A stretch of 64,000 bases of DNA from Candidatus Multivorans sp. (GTDB taxonomy: Bacteria > Acidobacteriota > Thermoanaerobaculia > Multivoradales > Multivoraceae), in contig OZ245033.1 of the NCBI GenBank assembly GCA_965224025.1, positions 192,001 to 256,000 on the forward strand, in the 5' to 3' direction. Positions 35,220-46,115 of this stretch are shown piece after piece. The position numbers and the translations under genes are program-made. Position 1 is the first letter of the stretch. Every line of letters begins with the position of its first letter. The notes beneath the pieces were generated by a model that did not search any database, had not been told where the DNA came from, and worked only from the letters and a program-made list of their open reading frames with translations.

Positions 35220-36293
35220 TTGGAATCGATCGACATCCGGCCTCAGGCGCTGCGGGAAGCAGCAGTCATGATCCTTGAAGCCGGCGGCAGCGGGCCCGAT
35301 GAGGCCCGGATCGTCGCCGACCACTTGGTGCTGGCCAACCTCTCGGGGCACGACAGCCACGGCATCGGCATGTTGCCCGCCTACGAGCGGAGCCTCGGCA
35401 ACGGAACCCTGAATCCGAACCGGAGGGTCGAACTGGTTCGCGACGACGGCGCGATCATGATGTTCGATGGCGGCATGGGCTACGGCCAGGTCGTCGGGCG
35501 CGAGGCGACCGCGGCCACGATCGAACGCTGCCGGAGCACGGGCGTGGTCCTGGCGTCGGTCCGCTACTGCCATCACTTGGGGCGCATCGGCACGTACGGC
35601 GAGCAGGTGGCGGACGCTGGCCTCGCCTCGCTCCATTTCGCCAACGTGGTCGGCCACCAGGCTCTGGTCGCGCCCTACCGCGGCACGGACGCCCGCTACT
35701 CCACGAACCCGATGTGCCTATCGCTTCCGGGCAGCGACAGCCAGCCCGCGATTCTCCTCGACATGGCGACCAGCCGGATCGCCCACGGCAAGGCCCGCGT
35801 GGCCCACAACAAGGGCGAAGAGGTTCCCGCGGGCTCCCTGATCGACCATCGCGGACGCCAGACACGCGACCCGAGCGTGCTTTTCAAGCAGCCGGTCGGC
35901 GCCCTCACCTCCTTCGGAGACCACAAGGGCTACGGCTTGGCGATCTTCTGCGAGCTCCTCGGCGGCATGATGAGCGGCGGCCGCACCGCCCAGCCCGAAC
36001 ACGGGATGGAGGGCACGATCATCAACAACATGTTCATGGTCGTGTTCGATCCGGACCGTCTGATCGAACGTTCGGCGATGGACCACGAACTCGCAGCCCT
36101 GGTCGCCCACGTCAAGGCGTCACCCGCAGCCGACCCGGATGAGCCGGTGCTCGTGCCCGGGGACCCGGAGCGGGCAATAAGGATCGAGCGCGCCGATGCG
36201 ATCCCCGTCGACGCCGAATCCTGGCGCCAGATCGTCGCCACCGGAGAGCGGCTGGGGGTGGCGCCGGGCCGGCTGGAAGCGCTGGCCGGTTAG
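35220..36293 (+). CDS. Ldh_2-family malate/lactate/ureidoglycolate dehydrogenase (YbiC/HcxB-like)
   Basis: GHDSHG, HHLGRIG, STNP, LDMATS, HKGYGL, VPGDPE. Confidence 0.9.
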   Translation: MESIDIRPQALREAAVMILEAGGSGPDEARIVADHLVLANLSGHDSHGIGMLPAYERSLGNGTLNPNRRVELVRDDGAIMMFDGGMGYGQVVGREATAATIERCRSTGVVLASVRYCHHLGRIGTYGEQVADAGLASLHFANVVGHQALVAPYRGTDARYSTNPMCLSLPGSDSQPAILLDMATSRIAHGKARVAHNKGEEVPAGSLIDHRGRQTRDPSVLFKQPVGALTSFGDHKGYGLAIFCELLGGMMSGGRTAQPEHGMEGTIINNMFMVVFDPDRLIERSAMDHELAALVAHVKASPAADPDEPVLVPGDPERAIRIERADAIPVDAESWRQIVATGERLGVAPGRLEALAG

Positions 36294-37339
36294 CGCCCCG
36301 CCTCGCTGAAGAACCTCCAAAGCAACTCGCCGCCGAAGTTGGCGGCATCGTCGCGCGGCCAAACGTGGGCGCCGTCCCAGGAACAACTGCGAACCGCTCG
36401 GCCGGCGGCGCAGCCCGGATACTCGACGCAGGTCAACTCGCGTCGTCCGTCCCACGGCGTCTCAACCGGCACCGGGTCCGCGGCACAGGACTGGGCCTCG
36501 GCCCACTTCTCCGCCACTCCCTGCTGCGACGTGTAGATGTAGCCGTCGCTCGCGAATGAGCCGTCGATCGGCACGGTGCGGTCGGTGGCGCCGCCGACGA
36601 GCAGCATCGACGGGCCGGGCGCCTCGGCCGCGCAGTTGAAGCCGGGCGCCAGGTAACCGTGCATCGGCGCGACCGCGGCCAGACGGTCGCCCAGGGCGCA
36701 ACCGAGCCGGTGGACGAACATCCCGCCGTTGCTGTAGCCGGACGCGAAGACGCGGTCCACATCTAGGCAGAGCTCCGCCGACAGGTGGTCGATCAGGGCG
36801 GCGATGTAGCCGACGTCGTCGTGGCAGGAACACCAGTTGCACGGCCCGCACTCGCCGCACTCGGGCGGACAGGGATACGGGTTCGCGTCCTCCCGGCAGG
36901 CGGGTTCCTCAGGCTTCAAAGGCGCACTGCAGGCTAGGTCGTTCCAGGACGTGATGGTGGCGTTCCGGCTCTGGCCCGGCGGGCCCACGGCCGCCTCGAA
37001 CGAAGTGCCCTGCGGAAACACGAGCACGAAGCCTTCCCGGTCGGAGAACTCCGACAGGCCCGTCCAGCCGTCGCTGTGGCGGGCGCTGCCGGTGTAGCCG
37101 TGGACGTGCAGCCACAGCGGTAGCGGTTCGGCGCGGTCGTAGCCGGATGGCAGGTGGAGGCGGTAGCCGCGGGTCAGGCCGTCGTGGGCGAGTTCGAGGT
37201 CGACGCTGGTTCCGGGTTCGGCGGCCACGCTGGATGCGGCACCGGCTGAGCAGCCTGGACTGTCGGTGGCGGCGAGCGGGACGGCGACGGCTAGTAGCGC
37301 GACGATAGTCGCGAGGGTGGGCAGTCGCTGTGCGGGCAT
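36290..37339 (-). CDS. Secreted LpqC/PHB-depolymerase-like alpha/beta esterase
   Basis: Signal peptide, HGYTGS, DDVGYI, GYSNGG, DRTVP, HVWP. Confidence 0.85.
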   Translation of the reverse strand: MPAQRLPTLATIVALLAVAVPLAATDSPGCSAGAASSVAAEPGTSVDLELAHDGLTRGYRLHLPSGYDRAEPLPLWLHVHGYTGSARHSDGWTGLSEFSDREGFVLVFPQGTSFEAAVGPPGQSRNATITSWNDLACSAPLKPEEPACREDANPYPCPPECGECGPCNWCSCHDDVGYIAALIDHLSAELCLDVDRVFASGYSNGGMFVHRLGCALGDRLAAVAPMHGYLAPGFNCAAEAPGPSMLLVGGATDRTVPIDGSFASDGYIYTSQQGVAEKWAEAQSCAADPVPVETPWDGRRELTCVEYPGCAAGRAVRSCSWDGAHVWPRDDAANFGGELLWRFFSEAGR

Positions 37340-37452
37340 TCGCGGGCATCGTAGCGCGTTCGGAGCAGTAAGGTCCGGCCTGCGGCCGGCGCGTTCAAGG
37401 CCGCCTTCGGCGGCAGCCGGCGGGAACCCGGGTGGCGCGATCCCGCGCCACC

Positions 37453-37492
37453 CGCGAACCAGTCCGTGCGCCCGTCATCGGGCGCACGGATG
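37453..37492. repeat. 40-nt hairpin element, copy B
   Basis: Perfect 12-bp stem; direct-orientation match to 35104-35143. Confidence 0.65.
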
Positions 37493-37528
37493 GCACGCCG
37501 GCGCACCCAGTGTGTGATCTCGGCGCGG

Positions 37529-38316
37529 CTAGTAGGCGGGCAGTACCTGGAACCAACCGTCTCGCTCCACCAACCGCACGCCTACCTCGAACAGCTCGGA
37601 CAAGGCCGCGCCGGTGAGCATCTCGTCCTTCGACCCATCCCCGAACACCCGACCCGCCTTGAGCAGCACGACCCGCTCGACTTCCGGCGGGATCTGATCG
37701 ACGTAGTGAGTGACGATGATCAGCGTCGTTCCCGCCGCCGCGAGGGCGCGCAACCGCTCCATCAGGCCGAACGCGGCCCGCAGGTCGAGCCCGGTCGCCG
37801 GCTCGTCGAGCAACAGGGTATGCGGCTCATGGACCAGAGCCCGTGCAAGAAGGAGGCGGCGCTGCTCGCCGGAGGACAACGTATCGAACCGGCGTTCCAA
37901 CAGGTTGCCGGCACCCTGAGTCGCCGCGGCGGCGATGCCCCGACGCCGCTGCGCGTCGGTCAGCCCTGGTGCCGGTAGATGCCGACGCTAGCGACGAACC
38001 CCGAGCACACGACGTCCAGGCCCGACAGCCACCCGTGGTGCGTCGCCTGCAACTCGTGCGACACGACGCCGAGCTGGCGCCGGACGTCGAACACGTTCCA
38101 ACGCTCCCGGCCGAGCAACCGCATGCGAACCCCCGGCCGCCGCACGGGAAAGAACTCGCCGTTCAGCATCCGCAGCAGGGTCGACTTGCCTGCGCCGTTC
38201 GGACCGAGCACGGCCGTGTTCTGCCTCCGGGGGATCGAGAGCGTCACGCGGTCGAGCGCCGGCCGGCCGCCGCGAATAACGGTGACGTTGGCGAGTTCCA
38301 GCAGGGCTTCGTTCAT
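37529..38316 (-). pseudogene. ABC transporter ATP-binding protein (ModF-like), frameshifted
   Basis: GPNGAGKST in one frame, LSSGEQRR and LLLDEP in another; one added G near 37965 restores the frame. Confidence 0.85.
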
Positions 38317-38363
38317 GGCGCTCGGCGCGCAGCCCGTTTCGGGGCCGCACATCGTGGGGAGCT

Positions 38364-39167
38364 CTACCGACCCTGGAACCGCGGTGGCCGCTTCTCGAGG
38401 AAGGCCTTGCGTCCCTCGACGTAGTCGTCGGAGCGGAAGCAGGCCTCCACGAGTTGCTTCACCCGATCCAGATCGCGGCGGTCCGGGTCCTTCGTGGCTT
38501 CCTTGATCGCGCGCTTGGACGCGCGAAGGGTGAGCGGGGCGTTCGCCGCCATCCTGCCGGCCAGATCGCGGACTGTGCCCTCCAGTTCATCAGCCGACGT
38601 CACACGATCGATCAGCCCCATGTGGTGAGCCTCGCCGGCGGTGAACCGCCGCGCGGTGAGCAGGATCTCGCTGGTGCGCTAGGGGCCCACGAGATCAACC
38701 AGCACCTTGATGCCAGAGAAGCCGTAACCCACGCCCAGGCGGCCTGCCGGGATCCCGAAGGTCGAGTCGTCCGAGGCGATCCGCAGGTCCGCGTTGAGCG
38801 CGGTCGCCAGGCCGCCGCCCAGGCAGAAACCCCGGATCATCGCGATCAGCGGCTTCTCGAGAGCGGCGAAGGCGCGGCCGGTCTCGCGGCCCGCCGCGTC
38901 GTAGCGCTCTCGCGCTTCCACCGTGGTGCGCAGCTTCTCGAACTCCGAGATGTCGGCGCCCGAGACGAACGCCCGGTCCCCAGCACCACGCAGCACGACG
39001 ACCCGAACGGCGTCGTCCTCCTGAAACCGGCGAAGAGTCATCGCCGAGGCGACCTGCATCTCGAACGACAAGGCGTTGCGCCGCGCCGGGTTGTTGTACG
39101 TCAGCCAACCGACGCCGTCCTCGATCTGGGCGACGATCTTCGTGGTCGGCAGTTCGATCGCGTTCAC
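38364..39167 (-). pseudogene. Enoyl-CoA hydratase/crotonase with an in-frame TAG
   Basis: AFVSGADI, CLGGG, FGIPA; TAG at 38679-38681, then RTSEILLTARRF...EGRKAFLEKR in the same frame. Confidence 0.85.
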
Positions 39168-40342
39168 GACACCACCCCCGCGCCCCGCAGCGCCTCGATC
39201 TCCGAAGTTCCGAGACCCGCCTCGGCAAGAATCTCGTCCGTATGCTGCCCTGCCCCCGGCGCAGGGCTGCGCAGTTCGAACGGAGTCCGACGAAGCCGGA
39301 CCGGTTGACCGACGAGACGAACGTCGCCAAGCTCCGGGTGCTCCAGCGGCACCGCGATCCCGCAGTGTTCCACTTGCGGATCGGCGAAGGTCTGCCCCAG
39401 GTCGTAGACCGGACCGCAGGGCAGCCCCGTGTCGTTCAGGAGTTCGACAATCTCATCCACCCTGAAGCGGCGCGTCAGTTCGGCGACTTCGCCTTCGAGT
39501 TGCTCCCGGTTGGCGACGCGCCCGGCCGAGTTCCGGTACTCCGGACGCTCGAGAAGTTCCTCGCCGCCGAGCGCCTGGCACATGGCCCGGAAGTGCTTGC
39601 CGCTCGTGGCCGCGATGTTGACCCAACCGTCGGCGGAAGGGAACGTCCCCATCGGCGAGATCGTCGGGTGGTGGTTGCCCCGCTGGCCCGGAACCTCACC
39701 CTCGACCAGGTAGCGCGCGGCCTGGAAGTCGAGCATCCCGATCATCGCCTTGAGCAGGGAGGTGGTCACCCACTGTCCCTCGCCCGAGCGCTCCCGCTCG
39801 TGGAGGGCCGCCAGGATGCCGAAGGCGAGATAGAGGCCGGCCGCCAGGTCCGAGATCGCGGTGCCGACCCGCACCGGCCCCTGGCCGGGCAGGCCGGTCA
39901 CCGACATCAGTCCGCCCAGACCCTGGGCGATCTGGTCCACGCCGCCACGCTCGCGATACGGACCGGTCTGCCCGAAGCCCGACACGCTGCCGAAGACGAT
40001 GCGCGGGTTGATCGCGCGCACCGTCTTGTAGTCGAAGCCGAGCCGGTGCTTCACGTCGGCGCGGTAGTTCTCCACCAGCACGTCCGCGTCCCGGGCCAGA
40101 CGCAGAAGGACCTCGCGGCCGGCTTCGCTCTTCAGGTCGAGCGTCAGGCAGCGCTTGTTGCGGTGCAGGTTCTGGTAGTCGTGGCCGAGCCGGCGCGAGA
40201 TGCCGATCTCGCGGCCGGGCGCCGCCGGGCGCTCGATGCGCACCACGTCCGCGCCCCAATCGGCGAGTTGCCGCACCGCCGTCGGCCCGGCGCGGGCGAT
40301 CGTCAGGTCCAGGACCCGCAGGTCGGCGAGCGGGAGGGACAC
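39164..40342 (-). CDS. CaiB/BaiF family III CoA-transferase
   Basis: RVLDLT..RAGP, LADWGADV, HRNKR, VENYR, SGFGQTGPY, GQHTDEIL; GTG start inferred. Confidence 0.92.
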   Translation of the reverse strand: MSLPLADLRVLDLTIARAGPTAVRQLADWGADVVRIERPAAPGREIGISRRLGHDYQNLHRNKRCLTLDLKSEAGREVLLRLARDADVLVENYRADVKHRLGFDYKTVRAINPRIVFGSVSGFGQTGPYRERGGVDQIAQGLGGLMSVTGLPGQGPVRVGTAISDLAAGLYLAFGILAALHERERSGEGQWVTTSLLKAMIGMLDFQAARYLVEGEVPGQRGNHHPTISPMGTFPSADGWVNIAATSGKHFRAMCQALGGEELLERPEYRNSAGRVANREQLEGEVAELTRRFRVDEIVELLNDTGLPCGPVYDLGQTFADPQVEHCGIAVPLEHPELGDVRLVGQPVRLRRTPFELRSPAPGAGQHTDEILAEAGLGTSEIEALRGAGVVS

Positions 40343-40353
40343 GGGATCGAGAA

Positions 40354-41085
40354 TCAGACCTCGGGCAACGCCCCGGCGGGCGTCGGCTCGGGAGGTGTTT
40401 CGAAGTCCTTGAAGATCCAGGAAATCGCGGCCTCGACCTGCTGCTTTGCGCCTTCTTCGACGACATCGCCGTGGCACGGAATCAGGCGGTCGAACGGGTG
40501 CCGCAACAGGCGCAGACAACTCGCGGCGCAGGCCGCGCGATCCCTAATCGCGAACCGGAACATCCGGCTCATGGCGACGCGGCGGTGGACTCCGGTGAGT
40601 CGGAAGTACATCGACGGAATCAAGCCCTGCCGCTGTTGCAGGTTGAACAGCAGGTCGGCCACCAGCAACGACCCGCTCGGACGGTGGCAGAACGCGACTT
40701 CGTTGAAGGCCGGCATCCCGTCGATCGGAATCGGCTGCAGTTCGCCGGCCCAGGGCGACGCGAAGCCGAGGGAGCCCGCGAAGGTCACGTCCTTGCGCTT
40801 GTCCTCGAGGCCGGGGGCGCCCAAGACATCCGCTTCAGGGAAGCGCGCGGCCGCGGCCGGCAGGTGAAGGTGGTGGAAGCGGTTCGGCGCGATCAGATAC
40901 TGCACCGGCCCGAGACTCTCGAGTTGCTCCGCCGTCCTGTCGTCAATCGGTCCCGGCGAGTACAACCACAGGCCGCCGTCGGCCAGGCGCACGACGATCA
41001 TGCGAGCCGGCGACGTGAAGCCGATGGCGATCTTCTGCACATGGTCAACGACCCAGACGTCGCGGCATACCTCCCTCAACGGCAT
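40354..41085 (-). CDS. DUF4336-family protein (MBL-like fold)
   Basis: RMIVVRLADGGLWLYSP, APNRFHHL, EVAFCH..SGSLLVADL, IPCHG. Confidence 0.8.
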   Translation of the reverse strand: MPLREVCRDVWVVDHVQKIAIGFTSPARMIVVRLADGGLWLYSPGPIDDRTAEQLESLGPVQYLIAPNRFHHLHLPAAAARFPEADVLGAPGLEDKRKDVTFAGSLGFASPWAGELQPIPIDGMPAFNEVAFCHRPSGSLLVADLLFNLQQRQGLIPSMYFRLTGVHRRVAMSRMFRFAIRDRAACAASCLRLLRHPFDRLIPCHGDVVEEGAKQQVEAAISWIFKDFETPPEPTPAGALPEV

Positions 41086-41174
41086 GGCGGCAAGTATAGG
41101 TCCGTCAGCGAATTGCGCGATCGGATCCCCAGCCCCCATCCCGATGTCCGTACACGGCGTAGAATCCCCCAGCC

Positions 41175-42155
41175 ATGCACCCAACGCCCATCCGTCCCCG
41201 CCGCAATCGGCGCTCGGCCGCTATCCGCGACCTGGTCCGTGAGACCGATCTCGGACCGGACCGGCTGATCTACCCGCTCTTCGTCATGGAGGGTTCGGAC
41301 ACGGCCCAACCGATCCCCTCGATGCCGGGCCAGGCCAGGCTCACCATCGACCGCCTGGTCGAGGAGTGTCGCGCCGCACATGCTCTCGGCGTGCCCGCCG
41401 TGGCGCTGTTCCCGGCTGTTGAGGACAAACTCAAGGACCGCACCGCGAGCGGCGCCCTGGACCCCGACGGGCTGGTCCAGCGCACGGTCCGTGAGCTGAA
41501 GTCCGCTCTCCCCGACATGCTGGTCATCACCGACGTGGCGATGGACCCGTACTCGAGCGACGGCCACGACGGGCTGGTCGAGGACGGCGAGATCCTGAAC
41601 GACCCGACACTTGAGATCCTGGCCGCGACCGCCGTCTCCCAGGCCGATGCCGGCGCCGACGTCATCGCCCCGTCCGACATGATGGACGGCCGCGTCGGGG
41701 CGATCCGCACCGCCCTCGATGCCGCCGGCCACGACCAGGTCGGCATTCTGAGCTACACCTCGAAGTACGCCTCGAACTTCTACGGCCCGTTCCGCGACGC
41801 ACTCGACTCCGCGCCCCGCGCCGGCGACAAGAAGACGTACCAGATGGACCCGGCGAACGTCCGCGAGGCGGTGCGGGAGGCGCGGCTGGACGTCGGAGAG
41901 GGCGCCGACATCGTCATGGTCAAGCCCGCCCTTCCCTACCTGGACGTTGTCCGCGCTCTTCGGGAGGCGGTCGATCTGCCGGTCGCGGCCTACCAGGTCA
42001 GCGGCGAGTACGCGATGATCCAGGCGGTCAGCGCGAACTGCTGGATGGACGGCGACGCGCTGATGATGGAGACCCTGACGTCCATCCGCCGAGCCGGCGC
42101 CGACATGATCCTGACCTACTTCGCCCGCCGCTGCGCCGAGGTTCTGAACCAGTGA
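41175..42155 (+). CDS. hemB: Porphobilinogen synthase (Cys-free, Mg-type)
   Basis: RPRRNR, DPYSSDGHDG, APSDMMDGRV, FYGPFRDA, MVKPA, AYQVSGEY. Confidence 0.97.
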   Translation: MHPTPIRPRRNRRSAAIRDLVRETDLGPDRLIYPLFVMEGSDTAQPIPSMPGQARLTIDRLVEECRAAHALGVPAVALFPAVEDKLKDRTASGALDPDGLVQRTVRELKSALPDMLVITDVAMDPYSSDGHDGLVEDGEILNDPTLEILAATAVSQADAGADVIAPSDMMDGRVGAIRTALDAAGHDQVGILSYTSKYASNFYGPFRDALDSAPRAGDKKTYQMDPANVREAVREARLDVGEGADIVMVKPALPYLDVVRALREAVDLPVAAYQVSGEYAMIQAVSANCWMDGDALMMETLTSIRRAGADMILTYFARRCAEVLNQ

Positions 42156-42294
42156 AGCGCCGCCTGCTCGCCGCGTGTCTCGTCGCACTGAGCGTTCCGG
42201 CCGCTCTCGCCGCCGCGGAAAGGCCGCCGAGTTGCGGGCCCAGCTTCAGGCCTGGCGCGAGTCCGTGTCGGCTGCGATGACGACGGCCCGCTGA
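42152..42294 (+). pseudogene. Deletion scar of a probable secreted sulfatase (signal peptide joined to the C-terminal helix)
   Basis: MKRRLLAACLVALSVPAALAAAERPP overlaps out of frame with KAAELRAQLQAWRESVSAAM. Confidence 0.5.
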
Positions 42295-42310
42295 GGCGGC
42301 GACCGCAAGC

Positions 42311-43006
42311 TCAGGGACCCGCGGCGCGGAACAGGAACAGGTGCTGGGTCGGCAGCGAGTCGACCCGTTCGACGAGTTCGTAGCCCGCGGGCAGCCACTC
42401 CTTCATCACCTGCTCGATCGACATGCGGTGCTCGAGCTTGATGTGCCGCGCCGAGCGGCCCTCGAGCCGGAACTCCGCGAGGGCGATCACCCCGTCCGGC
42501 GCGAGCGCCTCCCGCATGGACCGGAGCATCGCCTCCGGCTCGGAGAACTCGTGGTACACGTCGACGAGCAGCATCAGATCGACCTCCCCTTCAGGCAGCC
42601 GGGCATCGCTTTCCGTGCCGAGCACCGTGCTCATGTTCACAACACCGGCGTCAGCGGCGAGTTCCGTGGCGATGCGGAGCATCTGGGGCTGAATATCGTT
42701 GCACAGCACGCTGCCCTCCGGCCCCACGGCGGCCGCCAGGCGCCGCGAGTAGTAGCCCGAGCCGCAGCCGATGTCGACGACCAGCATGCCTGTCTCGATC
42801 GGCAGCGCCGCCATCAGTTCGTCCGGATGCTCCTCTTCGATTCGCGTCGCCCGCTCCAGCCAGGGAGCGCCGCGGTAGGACATCACCTCGGCGATCTTCC
42901 GGCCCTTGAAGACGCCGGGTTCCTCCGGCGCCTGCGCCGCGGCCGCCGCCAATGGCGCCAAGGCAGCCAGCGCCACCACCGCTGGAGTGATTCCCCGCCA
43001 CCTCAA
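42311..43006 (-). CDS. Class I SAM-dependent methyltransferase with signal peptide
   Basis: VDIGCGSGYY, DIQPQML, VDVYHEF; TTG start overlapping the S9 stop inferred. Confidence 0.85.
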   Translation of the reverse strand: MRWRGITPAVVALAALAPLAAAAAQAPEEPGVFKGRKIAEVMSYRGAPWLERATRIEEEHPDELMAALPIETGMLVVDIGCGSGYYSRRLAAAVGPEGSVLCNDIQPQMLRIATELAADAGVVNMSTVLGTESDARLPEGEVDLMLLVDVYHEFSEPEAMLRSMREALAPDGVIALAEFRLEGRSARHIKLEHRMSIEQVMKEWLPAGYELVERVDSLPTQHLFLFRAAGP

Positions 43007-45078
43007 GGCCGCGGCTCGAGCCAGCGCGCGAGCCATCCCAGCACCTCCTCGTGCCACTGAATGCTGTTCGCCGGGCTGAGCACCCAGTGGTTCTCATCCG
43101 GGAAGTAGAGCAACCGGGCCGGCACCCCTCGTCGCTTGAGCGCCGTGAAGGCCGCAAGCCCCTGGGTTTCGGGGACGCGGAAGTCGAGCGCGCCGTGAAT
43201 CACCAGCATCGGGGTCTGCCAGCGATCGATCAGGAGCGCCGGATTGTGACTCTCGAAGCCGTCCGGGTTCTCGAAGTAGCTGCCCCGGTGATCCCACTCG
43301 ACGAACCACAACTCCTCGGTCGTGTAGTACATCGAGCGCAGATCGAAGACTCCGTCGTGGTTGACCAGGCAGCGGAACCGATCCGGCCAGGCGCCCGCCA
43401 TCCAGTTCACCATGTAGCCACCGTAGGAGGCGCCCAGCGCGCACACCCGATCGCCGTCGAGGAACGAGTAGCGATCGAGCGCGGCGGCCAGTCCCTTCTG
43501 CAGGTCCTCCAGCGGCTTGCCGCCCCAATCGCCCCCGATCGAGTCGGTGAAGTCCTGGCCGTAACCCACCGAACCATGGAAGTCGATCATCACCGCGGCG
43601 TAGCCGGCGCCGGCGTAGGCTTGAGGGTTCCACCGGTAGTGGAACGAGTTGCCGAACGAGCCCTGCGGTCCGCCGTGGATCAGGAAGGCGACCGGGTAGC
43701 GGCGGTCCGGGTCGAAGTCGACCGGTCGCACGACGTAGCCGTGCACCGTCTCGTCGTTCCAGCCGGCGAACGTGAACTGCTCGTAGTCCCCCACCCGCGC
43801 CGCCGCCCGCTGGTCGGCGTTGAAGGCCGTCAGGGCCCGCCGGTCGCCGCCGGAGAGATCGCTGACGAACAGCTCCGACGGACCGGCGAGATCGTTGTGG
43901 AGAGTGACAAGACGGTCCTTCGACACCGCCAGACCCGCTACCGATCCCTCGCCGTGCAGGCGCGTCACCGAGCCGTCCGCCACATCCACCGCGAACAAGC
44001 TCCGCTGCCCGAGGTCCGCCGCGGTGGCGAACAGCGTTTCCCCGTCGGCCGAAAAGGCAAGGCCCGAGACGGAGCGGTCCCAGTCCCCGGTGAGGTCCCG
44101 CTCGTCCTCCAGCCGGGAACCGTCGAGGCGCGCGAGCCGGATCCGGAAACGGTCGGATTCGTAGCCGGGGCGCTCCATGGCCAGCCAGGCCAGCGCGCCG
44201 CCGTCCGGCGACAGCACCGGGTGACTGTCCCAGGCCGGGTTTGCGGCGGTCAGGTTGACGGGCGGCGAACCGCCGTCCGCCGGCGCCAGGTACAGATCGA
44301 AGTTCGTCGACCACGCCTCCGGCGTACCGCCGGTGCGCGAGGCGAAGATCACCGCGTCGCCCCCATGCCCAAAGGCGATCTCCTCCGCGCCGCCGAAGGG
44401 CTTGGGAGGCGCGTCCTGGTCGAGTCCGCGCATCAGATCGACCGGCTCCCCTGACGGCGAGCGGACGTCGTCGAGTTCCAGGACGAAGACGTGCGACCGG
44501 CGGCCGTCCTTCCAGACGTCCCAGTGGCGAACGAAGAGATCGTCGTACGCGACCCCCGACGTCGGCCTCGACGACCGGTCCTCGAGGCGTTCCGCAGTGC
44601 AGTCGAGCGTCTCGCACGAAGCGAAGACGTCCATCGTCAGCGCGATCCGGCGACCGTCGGGCGACACGACCAGGTTGCCGACATCGAGCGGCAGGTCGGT
44701 CACCTGGCGCGGTTCGCCCCCGGCAAGGGGCAGGCGCCAGACCTGGGAACTCCCCGAACGCGTGGACAGGAAGAAGAGGTCTCGGCCGTCCGGCGCCCAG
44801 CGCGGATGAAAGTCCGCCGCCTCGTGCGTGGTCAACCGGCGTGGCGCGCCGCCGTCCACCGGCGCCGACCAGAGATCCGTTCGACCCCGGTTGGCGGCCA
44901 GGTCCGTCGTGCGCACGGCAAGGGCAACGACCGACCCGTCCGGCGCTATCTGAGGGTCCGAAAGCCGCTCCATCGCCAGCATGTCGTGGACCGAGAACGG
45001 GTGCGTCTCCTGCGCTTGCGGAATCGCCCACGGCGGAACGATCAGAGCGGCAAGAGCGACGATCCCGAAACGGCCCAT
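43003..45078 (-). CDS. S9-family peptidase (dipeptidyl-peptidase 5-like)
   Basis: Beta-propeller repeats, IHGGPQ, GASYGG, DFRVP, DENHW. Confidence 0.93.
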   Translation of the reverse strand: MGRFGIVALAALIVPPWAIPQAQETHPFSVHDMLAMERLSDPQIAPDGSVVALAVRTTDLAANRGRTDLWSAPVDGGAPRRLTTHEAADFHPRWAPDGRDLFFLSTRSGSSQVWRLPLAGGEPRQVTDLPLDVGNLVVSPDGRRIALTMDVFASCETLDCTAERLEDRSSRPTSGVAYDDLFVRHWDVWKDGRRSHVFVLELDDVRSPSGEPVDLMRGLDQDAPPKPFGGAEEIAFGHGGDAVIFASRTGGTPEAWSTNFDLYLAPADGGSPPVNLTAANPAWDSHPVLSPDGGALAWLAMERPGYESDRFRIRLARLDGSRLEDERDLTGDWDRSVSGLAFSADGETLFATAADLGQRSLFAVDVADGSVTRLHGEGSVAGLAVSKDRLVTLHNDLAGPSELFVSDLSGGDRRALTAFNADQRAAARVGDYEQFTFAGWNDETVHGYVVRPVDFDPDRRYPVAFLIHGGPQGSFGNSFHYRWNPQAYAGAGYAAVMIDFHGSVGYGQDFTDSIGGDWGGKPLEDLQKGLAAALDRYSFLDGDRVCALGASYGGYMVNWMAGAWPDRFRCLVNHDGVFDLRSMYYTTEELWFVEWDHRGSYFENPDGFESHNPALLIDRWQTPMLVIHGALDFRVPETQGLAAFTALKRRGVPARLLYFPDENHWVLSPANSIQWHEEVLGWLARWLEPRP

Positions 45079-45146
45079 GGCTGCGGCACAGAGTATCGCA
45101 AGGGCCGGGTGGTAGGATGCGGCCTCCAGAAACTCCAGGATCCACG

Positions 45147-46048
<902 letters not shown>

Positions 46049-46049
<1 letters not shown>

Positions 46050-46090
46050 CGCGGCAGAACTCCCCGAGGCCGGCGTTTCGCGCCGGATGC
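46049..46090. repeat. Partial REP-like element, copy 4
   Basis: GCGCGGCAGAA and CCGGCGTTTCGCGCCGGATGC (near reverse complement of 35052-35072). Confidence 0.5.
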
Positions 46091-46115
46091 CGGCGGGAAC
46101 CCGTGTGGCGCGAAA

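Noticed and set aside
43003-43057. Possible frameshift at the S9/methyltransferase overlap
   Set aside because: S9 ends normally; a TTGA-coupled start at 43006 explains the overlap
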